A stretch of DNA of 64,000 bases from Candidatus Bathyarchaeum sp. (GTDB taxonomy: Archaea > Thermoproteota > Bathyarchaeia > Bathyarchaeales > Bathyarchaeaceae). Below the pieces are notes generated by a model, which was given only the letters and a program-made list of their open reading frames with translations, was not told where the DNA came from and did not search any database. Shown piece after piece: positions 49,915 to 58,343 of the stretch (the first letter of the stretch is position 1; the number at the start of each line of letters is the position of its first letter). The stretch spans positions 13,829 through 77,828 of the forward strand of contig JAOZIB010000026.1 in NCBI GenBank assembly GCA_026014565.1, read 5' to 3'. The translations under genes were made by a program, and so were the position numbers.

Positions 49915-51588
49915 CTAGATAAGCACCTTCCTGTTTTTTTGGTTATTTACGTCGTCTAGGCTCCAATGCCATTTCTTATTGTTGTTAGTGTCAATGAATG
50001 CCATACGATCCGTGCATGAAAAGCATGGATCCAAACTGCCCATAACTGAAGGAATGTCAGCAACATAACCACCACGTATTGCATCTGGAAATGCTACAAG
50101 GTTTGCCAATGTTGGAGCACGAACTTTAACGCGGTATGGGTATGCGCTTCCATCACTTTTAACATAATGAATAAGAGCACCTCGGGGAGCTTCAACACGG
50201 CTGGTAGCTTCACCTTCAGGGATTTTTCGTTGAACCCTTACACGTATCTTTCCATCTGGAAGGTTAGCAAGAGCATATTCTACAATGTTTATACTTTCTA
50301 CGACTTCATCAACGCGAACCATAAGGCGAGCCCAAGTGTCACAGTCTGTGTAACTAATTACGTTAAAAGGAATTTCGTCATACGCAGCATAAGGTTCATC
50401 TTTTCGAACATCAGAAGCAACACCAGACCCACGCAAAACAGGACCAACAACACACAGTTTCAAAGCATCTTCCCTGCTTAAGACACCAACACCTTCGGTT
50501 CTAAGCCGTAAAGTTGCGTCTTCTTCGAAGACATTCTTGTAGAAAACTGCACGTTTTCTGACGTCTTTAAGAGTTTTTAGGGTTTTTTCGATTGTACTTG
50601 GAGCAATATCTCGGCGTACACCACCAATAGTGTTAAAGCCACTCATCAAACGGTTACCTGTTATTCGTTCAACTATGTCCATTATTGGTTCGCGGTCACG
50701 CCAAACATGCTGGAACAAAGATTCAAAACCCAACAAGTGACCAGCAACACCAAGCAATAATAGGTGACTGTGAATTCGGTTCAGTTCATGAACAATTGTG
50801 CGATAATACTGTGCACGGGGTGGAGTTTCCACGTTTGCTATGTCTTCTACTGCTTGACAGAAAACTGTTGTATGAGCAGCATTGCAGATACCACAGATTC
50901 GTTCCACCAAGTAAACATCTTGGAAATACATCATTTTTTCTGCAGCTTTTTCGATGCCACGATGAACGTATCCAAGGCGTGCGTTAACGTCAACTACTTT
51001 TTCACCATCAAGGGTGAATGAGAATTTTTCGGGTTCGTGTAAAACAGGGTGCTGAGGACCAACAATAACATTAACCAACGACTCAGAAGCCTCACTCACA
51101 GATTCAGGTTGGGACTCGTCTTTGGACATGAAAACGTCTTCTTGATGTTCTGGGGCTTGCCAATCTCTGCGAAGAGGATAATTTCCTTGAGGCCAACTTT
51201 CAGGGAGCAACAAGCGTTCCATGTTAGGGTGGCCTTCAAAAGTTACGCCTAACAGGTCGAAGACTTCACGCTCATACAAATTAGCGCCAGGAATAAGGTC
51301 ACAAATCGATTTGGTTACAGGATTTTCTTTGGGAACCCGAATCTTCAGAGTAACTGTTCCACCACAAATCATGTGATAGTTTAGTTCAATTTCTTCCCCC
51401 AAATCAACTCCAGTAATAGTTGAAAGTATTGTTTCCTCAACCTGTTTCAAGAGCAATGAAATTGCCTCTCTGTGATTTTCAGGTTTAAGAAAAACGTAAG
51501 CTTTCCTTGGCCTAGGGACCTTTAACTCATCAATCGAATCAGCCAAATTGTTCTTTAACACTTCTAATGCTTTTTCAAATCTTTCCAT
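49915..51588 (-). CDS. Fused NuoC-like + NuoD-like subunit that retains [NiFe]-hydrogenase large-subunit ligand motifs (HycE/HyfG-like)
   Basis: NuoC part: ANLYEREVFDLLGVTFEGHP..PLRRDW. Large-subunit part: GPQHP, LGYVHRGIEK, RICGICNAAH (aa 230-239, nt 50872-50901), EAPRGALIHY and DPCFSCTDR (aa 520-528, nt 50005-50031). A 29-aa tail follows. I verified the Cys codons on the sequence. Confidence 0.85.
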   Translation of the reverse strand: MERFEKALEVLKNNLADSIDELKVPRPRKAYVFLKPENHREAISLLLKQVEETILSTITGVDLGEEIELNYHMICGGTVTLKIRVPKENPVTKSICDLIPGANLYEREVFDLLGVTFEGHPNMERLLLPESWPQGNYPLRRDWQAPEHQEDVFMSKDESQPESVSEASESLVNVIVGPQHPVLHEPEKFSFTLDGEKVVDVNARLGYVHRGIEKAAEKMMYFQDVYLVERICGICNAAHTTVFCQAVEDIANVETPPRAQYYRTIVHELNRIHSHLLLLGVAGHLLGFESLFQHVWRDREPIMDIVERITGNRLMSGFNTIGGVRRDIAPSTIEKTLKTLKDVRKRAVFYKNVFEEDATLRLRTEGVGVLSREDALKLCVVGPVLRGSGVASDVRKDEPYAAYDEIPFNVISYTDCDTWARLMVRVDEVVESINIVEYALANLPDGKIRVRVQRKIPEGEATSRVEAPRGALIHYVKSDGSAYPYRVKVRAPTLANLVAFPDAIRGGYVADIPSVMGSLDPCFSCTDRMAFIDTNNNKKWHWSLDDVNNQKNRKVLI

Positions 51589-51591
51589 ATC

Positions 51592-52020
51592 TCATCCCTT
51601 CAATTTCGCTAACAACTTAGCAACACCTTGTAAGATTGCTTCGGGTTTTGGAGGACAACCCGGAACGTAAACATCAACTGGAATTATTTCATCTAAACGT
51701 CCACTAATGTTGTAACAGTTCTGAAAGATGCCCCCCGAACACGAACACGCACCAACAGCGACAACAAATTTCGGAGAAGGCATCTGCTCATAAATCATTT
51801 TCAGACGAGGGGCGCATTGTCTGGTCACAGGTCCAGTTACAACTAAAACGTCTGCATGACGGGGAGAAGGCTCAAGTTTTGCTCCAAAGCGTTCCACATC
51901 GTAACGGGGAGTAAGTAGTGATACTACTTCAATGTCGCATCCGTTACAGGCACCAGTATTAAAATGAAGAAGCCAAGGTGAGTTTCGTCTTGCCCATTTT
52001 AGTAGTCCTAGGTCGGGCAT
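51592..52020 (-). CDS. nuoB: NuoB-like / group 4 hydrogenase small subunit
   Basis: GACNGCDIE, GACSCSGG and PGCPPKPE supply the four Cys for the proximal [4Fe-4S] cluster. The first motif is of the hydrogenase (xCNGCxIE) type rather than the complex I CCxxE type. Confidence 0.88.
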   Translation of the reverse strand: MPDLGLLKWARRNSPWLLHFNTGACNGCDIEVVSLLTPRYDVERFGAKLEPSPRHADVLVVTGPVTRQCAPRLKMIYEQMPSPKFVVAVGACSCSGGIFQNCYNISGRLDEIIPVDVYVPGCPPKPEAILQGVAKLLAKLKG

Positions 52021-52021
52021 T

Positions 52022-52345
52022 TTAGTTGCCTCCGAGAAGCAGTAAGTCGGCTGCTAAGATTATTCCAACATAAATCAGTAATGTGAAAGGGTTGATCATT
52101 TCAAGGGCCAATGCGGCAAAGGCTAAAATCAGTGCAGGTGAATCTATGATTACAAAAAATATTAGATACTTATACAAAGTAACATTAACCAACAAGCGCT
52201 TAGAACTGACCTTTTCTCCGCAAGCATACATTTCATTTTTATCTTTGCTTTCAGAAGATTTGGGTATCAGAACTTTACTGCCCAGATAAATCAGCGTTGC
52301 AAGAACCAGAATAATCAAAAATGCAATAAGAGATTCGGTAAGCAT
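52022..52345 (-). CDS. nuoA: Complex I subunit A-like
   Basis: 107 aa with 3 TM segments. MYACGEKV..YLIFFVIIDSPALILAF resembles the NuoA pattern YECGe..fy..a.lF.ifD.E. It is the first gene of the operon. Confidence 0.68.
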   Translation of the reverse strand: MLTESLIAFLIILVLATLIYLGSKVLIPKSSESKDKNEMYACGEKVSSKRLLVNVTLYKYLIFFVIIDSPALILAFAALALEMINPFTLLIYVGIILAADLLLLGGN

Positions 52346-52768
52346 TGTTTGTCATCAACCATTCACAGTGTTTGTAAGGTACTTTCAGTAGCCATTGTTG
52401 ACAAAATGTTTACAGTGTTTATATCAGTTTTTAACGATACTGTGTTAAAACAGTGTTTTGTCCCTAGTCTCGACGTAAACCAAAGCACCTTAACAGTAAT
52501 AACTGCCAATTGTGAGATTGCGTAAGCCACTAGGTTTGTGTGCGTTTCTGATTACCTCCGCTTTTTGAACGGGAAGTAAAAACTTAGGATTTAAGGGTTC
52601 CGTATAGTAAAATAAAACATGAACAATAAATTATAATAATTTAAATTAAATTAAATAATTGAAAAATCATATTATAAAAGAAACAAACCACAATGGCAAA
52701 CAATAAAAAGTTCACAAAAAGTTTAAAATTTTCCAAAAATTAGAAAACAAAAATGATCCAAACACAAA

Positions 52769-53557
52769 CTAGTCAGAAAGTGAGTCCAACAGAGCTTTCA
52801 TTACAGTTGTGTTGTGAGGAAACTCCAACTTAATTGGAGTTACTGAAACATGATTACCATTTTTTATGGCATGTAAATCTGTTCCCGGGTCACCATCAGG
52901 ATAGTGATGCAGGGCCCAGCTTTTGATTTCGTAACCGTCACTGATTTCATCATGTATGTCCCCATAGCCGTCATAACAAAGACGAGTAAGTTGAACATTT
53001 TTGGGATCAGCATTTTCAGGAACATTAATAGAAATGATATCCACATCAGCAGGCATACCAGATTCTAATACGTGTTTAGATGCTTTGTATCCCAGACTAG
53101 CCGCTAGTTCCAAGTCTTTTATGGAAAAACGGGTAGTTCCAAGGGTGTTTTCTGAAAGTTCAGACAAACAATAAGAAACAGCAATCGCAGGTATGTTATG
53201 GATTGCGGCTTCAAAGGCTGCGCCTACAGTTCCAGAAGTTAGCACGTCATCAATTCCAAGGTTGGGACCAATGTTAATTCCAGAAACAAGCAAATCAGGC
53301 ATTTTTTTAAGAATTTTGTTAATGGCAATCAAAAATGAGTCAGCAGGCGTGCCAGTTGTAGCATATGCAGTTATGCCATCACCAAGGTTAGCGTCACATA
53401 TTTTCACCTGACCAATGCTGATAGATTTTCCTACACCGCTCCTTTGACATCCTGGAGTTACTACTACGACCTCTCCTAGGTGCGTCAACTGCTTTGCGAG
53501 CACAGATAATCCGATGGAGTCAATACCGTCATCATTTGTTACTAGTATTGTAGGCAC
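52769..53557 (-). CDS. surE: 5'/3'-nucleotidase SurE
   Basis: The N-terminal ILVTNDDGIDSIGL, SGINIGPNLG and GTVGAA are SurE hallmarks. Confidence 0.9.
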   Translation of the reverse strand: MPTILVTNDDGIDSIGLSVLAKQLTHLGEVVVVTPGCQRSGVGKSISIGQVKICDANLGDGITAYATTGTPADSFLIAINKILKKMPDLLVSGINIGPNLGIDDVLTSGTVGAAFEAAIHNIPAIAVSYCLSELSENTLGTTRFSIKDLELAASLGYKASKHVLESGMPADVDIISINVPENADPKNVQLTRLCYDGYGDIHDEISDGYEIKSWALHHYPDGDPGTDLHAIKNGNHVSVTPIKLEFPHNTTVMKALLDSLSD

Positions 53558-53744
53558 TTTGATTCCTCAGGTTGTTTTAGATATGGCATCGAGTTATTTT
53601 AGGGTATTCTTAAACTGTTCAGATATTACTGAAGTGACAAAAAACATGGAATTAATGAAAAACATAAGGAACCATGAGAAAAAAAGGAATAATCCGGATT
53701 AATTTTTCAATAACTTTATATCTGAGGAACACATTTTCCGCTCA

Positions 53745-53871
53745 ACATGGGATGGTGACGGGACGCAGAGAAAATACCCCTATTCTCCGTCGCCAGGAGA
53801 CCTACCCTCTCCTTGCGCGATCGCCGGTGCATACGCGCGCATGCACCAACGCCCCCACCTCCTACAATTTT
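53745..53871 (+). ncRNA. Candidate structured ncRNA (GC-rich island with three hairpins; family not identified, possibly H/ACA-like)
   Basis: I counted 63% G+C over 53751-53860, against A/T-rich flanks. Hairpins: GGTGACGG(53754-61)/CCGTCGCC(53787-94), AGGAGA(53796-801)/TCTCCT(53809-14) and GGTGCAT(53826-32)/ATGCACC(53841-47). TTTATAT lies at 53715-53721, about 25 nt upstream. ACA (53864-66) is followed by TTTT, and a T6 run lies at 53898-53903. The overlapping track ORF 53674..53877 has no protein-like features. Strand assignment is tentative. Confidence 0.35.
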
Positions 53872-53923
53872 AATTAACAGAATCTGGTGATTCTCAATTT
53901 TTTCAAAAAAAAGAAAGAGTCAG

Positions 53924-54250
53924 TTACAAGATAAGGTCTTCTTTTACAGCAAAGTTAGTGAATTCACCAATAAATTTCCCCCAACGCACATCAGTTCGAG
54001 AAACATCAGCTGCTCGGGGTCCAACACGACAAAACTCAATCATTTGTTCGACGTTTTCTCGTTTTCCTTCAAAAATAGCTTCCACCCTACCATCAGACAC
54101 ATTTCTGACACACCCATTCACATTTAGTTTAATTGCCTCGGAACGAGTGGATGCTCTAAAAAACACTCCTTGGACTTTTCCACTAACGAAAATATGGGCT
54201 CTAATGTTCAAGACGTTCTCAACTACTATATCTAGATTACAAAAAAACAA
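53924..54250 (-). CDS. acyP: Acylphosphatase
   Basis: IFVSGKVQGVFFRASTRSEA..L.VNGCVRNVSDGRVEAIFEG fits the acylphosphatase signature. The true start is probably the internal TTG at 54211 (..NIRAHIF), giving about 95 aa. Confidence 0.8.
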   Translation of the reverse strand: MFFCNLDIVVENVLNIRAHIFVSGKVQGVFFRASTRSEAIKLNVNGCVRNVSDGRVEAIFEGKRENVEQMIEFCRVGPRAADVSRTDVRWGKFIGEFTNFAVKEDLIL

Positions 54251-54276
54251 GTGTAGGCAAACAAAGACTTTTATGT

Positions 54277-54615
54277 TTATGTTATTTTTTTGAAGTGCAT
54301 AGTTTGTCCGAACATTTCTAATTCGTAAATTTGGTTTACGTCAAACTGGATTCCTAGTTGTTCGTATTCCAATTCAGTAAGAAACAAAATCATTTTAGGA
54401 ACAGCGAACTGGCTTGTTTGGTTTGCAACCATAGGGAGTTGTTGTTGCAGGCTTTTCATTACTTCTTGTACCATACGTGCTTCTTCGGTTGCAGGTTTGA
54501 CAGCAAAACGAGGGATTACACGGTCTTCAATTAGTTCGATGCGTTTGCCTAGGTTACCTTCAGGGTCTTTTGTTGATTCGATTTTTTGAACTCGGACACG
54601 CGTCATAGCAATCAC
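54277..54615 (-). CDS. Hypothetical protein (112 aa)
   Basis: Clean ORF with protein-like composition. No motif was recognised. Confidence 0.45.
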   Translation of the reverse strand: MIAMTRVRVQKIESTKDPEGNLGKRIELIEDRVIPRFAVKPATEEARMVQEVMKSLQQQLPMVANQTSQFAVPKMILFLTELEYEQLGIQFDVNQIYELEMFGQTMHFKKIT

Positions 54616-54676
54616 TTCAGGTAATCAAGTAGACGCGACGCCTTTATACATTTCTTAATGTCGTGCAAAGGTCGAG

Positions 54677-55132
54677 TTAAAGCTTGACGCCCCCTTCAGA
54701 AAACAATTGCTTTGCCATTTTTTCGGTTAGGTACATTCCCATTTGGGGCATTCTTTCTTTTTCAAGTATGGATAACGTCACTTTGTAGGGCACAGGTTTG
54801 GGGAAGATCTTCAAATTTGTGAAACGAACAAAAGTGGCTGTTTTTCGTTGTTGTAAAAAGTCATTATATTCATCAAATGAGTGAAGCAGAGATTCTTCTC
54901 CAAGAGACTCCCACAAATCTTTAGAGCGCCCAGTTACGCGTTCAACGAAATCAGCATAACCTTGGATTTCTTGTGTCGGGTGGGTAACATAAAAAAACAG
55001 TTTTTGAACGTTTTTTGGACCTACAAGTCCGCGACGAACAAAAGCATGCTTTTGTTTACCTGCTTTGTTTTGTTGACATAGTCGCGTCCAAAATTTTTCT
55101 AGGTTCAAGACGATATAAGCGTATTTTTGCAA
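54677..55132 (-). CDS. Hypothetical protein, possibly ASCH/PUA-like fold
   Basis: 151 aa. The pattern KLFFYVTHPTQEIQGYADFVERV..FVRFTNLKIFPKPVP resembles ASCH/EVE-type domains. This is a weak call by eye. Confidence 0.35.
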   Translation of the reverse strand: MQKYAYIVLNLEKFWTRLCQQNKAGKQKHAFVRRGLVGPKNVQKLFFYVTHPTQEIQGYADFVERVTGRSKDLWESLGEESLLHSFDEYNDFLQQRKTATFVRFTNLKIFPKPVPYKVTLSILEKERMPQMGMYLTEKMAKQLFSEGGVKL

Positions 55133-55342
55133 CTTTTTTCACATCCAATTTGAATTTAATTAATATAATTTATGCTGTTTTAACTTATAAATTAAACTTA
55201 TAAAACAGAATGAGAAATTAATTTTCAGTTGTAACCTAGAAAAACTGCTGTGACGAAATACTGAAACAGATATATTGCATGCAAGCACAAACATGAAAAG
55301 GTAAAACAACAAACATAACTGATGACATAGGATTGCATTGGT

Positions 55343-55453
55343 ATGAAATGTCCAAGATGCGAAACCGAAATGACCACTCGAAAATTAAAGGGAAAAAAAC
55401 AAGTTTTCTTTTCGTGCCCAAAATGCCACTATAACCGAACATCAAGAACATAA
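55343..55453 (+). CDS. Small zinc-ribbon protein (36 aa), not in the ORF track
   Basis: My translation is MKCPRCETEMTTRKLKGKKQVFFSCPKCHYNRTSRT*. It has two CxxC pairs with rubredoxin-knuckle spacing. It replaces the implausible antisense track ORF 55236..55451. Confidence 0.45.
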   Translation: MKCPRCETEMTTRKLKGKKQVFFSCPKCHYNRTSRT

Positions 55454-55461
55454 TTGAGTTT

Positions 55462-56307
55462 TTACTCTATTTTTTGTTCATCAGATGGTTTTTGTCCATT
55501 AAGAAATTCTCTGCGCATTACCGCAGGAAGAGGTGGTAGTATGCATTCATTCTTGAACTCTTTTTGAATAATCTCGGCAATATTAGATTTTATAAATTCT
55601 TCATCAGAGGGGTCATTTATCCAAAACAGAACCTCAATTTCGTTTGCCCATTCTTTGTTTCGGAAAATAAAACGAATTTCTCTTCTTCTTTTGAGGTTAA
55701 AAATTACAGACTTGTGATTTTTCAAGACTTTTTCAATTATTGGTTTGACTTTTTCAATATTAACAGTATAGTCTACTGCAAAAGTTATCGAGACAACAGA
55801 TTCCCGAGAACCCCCTGTGAGGTTAATTATTTTTTCTTTCACCAAAACAGAGTTTGGAATTATTATTTCATTTCGATCATATGTTTTCAGCTTGGTTGTT
55901 CTCAAAGATATGTCACTAACTGTTCCAGTTAAATCTCCTATTCTAATTACATCACCAATTGCATATGTTTTCCCAGAAATTAATAGCACACCAGAAACCC
56001 AGTTTTCTATAATGTTGTTCAAACCAAAGCCAATAATTAATGCACTTATGCCCAAGCCAGCAAAGGCTCCAGTGATATCCTCAGTTACAGACGAAAGAAG
56101 AATAACGCCCGCTATTAAGTAAGTAACAAATTGGAAAAATTTTTTTAGATTGGCAAGCTTGCCTTTTTCTAATTCTCCTCTTTTTTCAAGACTATTGATT
56201 AATCTGTTGAATATTTTGATGGCCAGAAAGGCCCCGATTAGTGTAGCAATAACCGTTACGATAAACATCTGATTCGCGATTAGCCATTCAACAACATAAG
56301 TCATCAA
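55462..56307 (-). CDS. Small-conductance mechanosensitive channel (MscS family)
   Basis: GFGLNNIIENWVSGVLLISGKTYAIGDVIRIGDLTGTVSDISLRTTKLKTYDRNEIIIPNS is the MscS pore-helix/beta-domain signature. Confidence 0.85.
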   Translation of the reverse strand: MMTYVVEWLIANQMFIVTVIATLIGAFLAIKIFNRLINSLEKRGELEKGKLANLKKFFQFVTYLIAGVILLSSVTEDITGAFAGLGISALIIGFGLNNIIENWVSGVLLISGKTYAIGDVIRIGDLTGTVSDISLRTTKLKTYDRNEIIIPNSVLVKEKIINLTGGSRESVVSITFAVDYTVNIEKVKPIIEKVLKNHKSVIFNLKRRREIRFIFRNKEWANEIEVLFWINDPSDEEFIKSNIAEIIQKEFKNECILPPLPAVMRREFLNGQKPSDEQKIE

Positions 56308-56612
56308 ATATTCCCCAGAGCATCATCTCATCAGGACAATATATCTTTTTTAGGTTTCCTAAGCTTTCAATTCTTGATAGTTAGCAAAAAATCAAAAGTT
56401 CGTGTTAATTTCAAGAGCATCACTGAAACGCCCACTTGTTTTAGAGTGAACACAATACAGACAGCACATAGAAAAAATGTAAGTTCCTTTTCATCTTGTT
56501 TAGAAAAAATAATGAAGAAGACAAAAAATGGATACAGCACGTTTATTTGAGATAAACGCTATTAAGGATATAGCTAAATATTCAAGAGATAATATAACAA
56601 GGTGAAACATGA

Positions 56613-56762
56613 ATGAAACTGGTAACCGTTCTTCTTCCAGAAGCATATTTGACTGGACTTGACGAGCTAGTGCGATCAGGGATGTACCCAAGTCGAAGTG
56701 CTGCAATCAGGGCTGCTGTTCGAGACATGTTAAAGAAAGAACTTTGGGGCAAACGGGAATAA
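56613..56762 (+). CDS. Ribbon-helix-helix (CopG-like) small DNA-binding protein (49 aa), not in the ORF track
   Basis: My translation is MKLVTVLLPEAYLTGLDELVRSGMYPSRSAAIRAAVRDMLKKELWGKRE*. It follows the RHH pattern (beta strand, then SRSe.iR.Av). AGGTGA lies 8 nt upstream. It replaces the antisense track ORF 56500..56706. Confidence 0.6.
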   Translation: MKLVTVLLPEAYLTGLDELVRSGMYPSRSAAIRAAVRDMLKKELWGKRE

Positions 56763-57020
56763 AAAAATTCCTTTTGCAGCTAATTTTTTCAATCTTTACG
56801 TTTCAAGATTTTTGTTCTAATTGTTTGTGTGAACTGTAGAACATAAAACATGCTACACAGGAAATTTCAGGAAAAGTTATTTTCAAAAGGGTACTTCCTA
56901 TTTGAACACATAAACAACACAAACATATGAATCGTTGCTCACAGAGGGGCACATTACGGGTTTTGACCTTTTGTTTTAAATTTGAGTTTGTAGTTATGTT
57001 TTGAGCGGAGCTGTCAAAAC

Positions 57021-58301
57021 TTGAAGCTAATTTACATTGTAATTGACGGAATGGGTGATCGTCCCATGGCTGAACTGGGCGATAAAACTGCTTTGGAGGC
57101 TGCTGAAACTCCTTACATGGATTCTCTCGCCAAGAACGGAAAAACGGGTTTGATGTACACAGTAGGTAAAGGAATGGCCCCCGAAAGTGATGTTGCTGTT
57201 GTTTCTATTCTGGGTTATGACCCCTTCAAGTATCATGTAAGCAGGGGGGTTTTGGAAGCGGTGGGTTCTTTGATGAAAATAGAAAATGGAGACCTAGCCC
57301 TTCGATGCAATCTGGCTACGTTAGCAGATGATAAAAGCTCCATTATTGACCGTCGAGCAGGACGAGATTTAACCCAAAATGAAGCAGATACCTTGGCTCA
57401 GGCATTAAACAAACAAGTGAAGCTCGAGTCGCATCCTGCAAGTTTTGAAATAAAAAGTAACGCAGTTCATCGTGCAACTTTGGTTATTCATCGCAAAGAC
57501 GGAACCCTTTCTGGCGAAATTGACAACACAGATCCTGCATACAAAAGAGTGAAAGGGGTGGGAGTGGCAGACATGGATGCTGAAATGGTTTTGAAGTCTT
57601 GTGTTCCTCTTGAGGATACTGAAGAAGCAAAAGTTGCAGCCGATTTGGTTAACGAGTTTACTCAAAAAGCAATTACAGTCTTAGATAACCATGCAGTTAA
57701 CAAAAAACGTGTGAAAGAAGGCAAACTCAAGGCGAACGCTATTCTTAGCAGAGATGCTGGAAGCAGTATTCCAGAATTTCCTGCGATTTGTAAACTTTAT
57801 AATCTAAGTTTTGTGTGCCTAGCAGACATGAACGTAGAGCGAGGAATTTCAACCTTGGCAGGAATGAGTCTAGTTGACATTCCGTTACCATCCGAAGATT
57901 TAGCAAAGGACTCTCAGTTCAGGCTAAAAAAACTCTTTGAAGTTTTACCAGACTACGACGCCTTTTACATACACATCAAAGGTCCAGATGAACCTGGACA
58001 CGACGGGGACTGTAAAAGAAAAGCTGAACTGATTTCAATTATTGACAAACATTTCATTGGTGAAATGCTCAAAAAAATAAACTTGGACGAATACGTTGTT
58101 TGCATTACTGCTGATCATTCGACGCCATGTGGACTAAAATCCCACAGTGATGACCCAGTACCCATTCTGATCTCTGGAAATAACATTAAAGCGGACAAGG
58201 TTCAACACTTTTCTGAAACAGAAAGCAAAGACGGAGAACTAGGAATCCTGCCTAACGGAACAAAACTAATACCAAAACTGGTAGAGCTTATGAAAAAATA
58301 G
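57021..58301 (+). CDS. apgM: Cofactor-independent phosphoglycerate mutase, archaeal type (ApgM)
   Basis: LIYIVIDGMGDRP, HIKGPDEPGHDGD and ITADHSTPC are ApgM/metalloenzyme-superfamily blocks. TTG start. Confidence 0.88.
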   Translation: MKLIYIVIDGMGDRPMAELGDKTALEAAETPYMDSLAKNGKTGLMYTVGKGMAPESDVAVVSILGYDPFKYHVSRGVLEAVGSLMKIENGDLALRCNLATLADDKSSIIDRRAGRDLTQNEADTLAQALNKQVKLESHPASFEIKSNAVHRATLVIHRKDGTLSGEIDNTDPAYKRVKGVGVADMDAEMVLKSCVPLEDTEEAKVAADLVNEFTQKAITVLDNHAVNKKRVKEGKLKANAILSRDAGSSIPEFPAICKLYNLSFVCLADMNVERGISTLAGMSLVDIPLPSEDLAKDSQFRLKKLFEVLPDYDAFYIHIKGPDEPGHDGDCKRKAELISIIDKHFIGEMLKKINLDEYVVCITADHSTPCGLKSHSDDPVPILISGNNIKADKVQHFSETESKDGELGILPNGTKLIPKLVELMKK

Positions 58302-58343
58302 ACAGCAAAAACACAGGTTACGCCCACAAAAATTGTGGGTATT

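Noticed and set aside
53674-53877. 67-aa plus-strand track ORF across the GC-rich island
   Set aside because: The translation (Arg/Pro/Thr-rich, no motifs) looks like a by-product of GC-rich structured sequence. I interpret the region as a candidate ncRNA instead.
55236-55451. 71-aa minus-strand track ORF. Also 56500..56706, a 68-aa minus-strand ORF.
   Set aside because: Each is antisense to a shorter but far more convincing plus-strand ORF: the zinc-ribbon ORF at 55343..55453 and the RHH ORF at 56613..56762.
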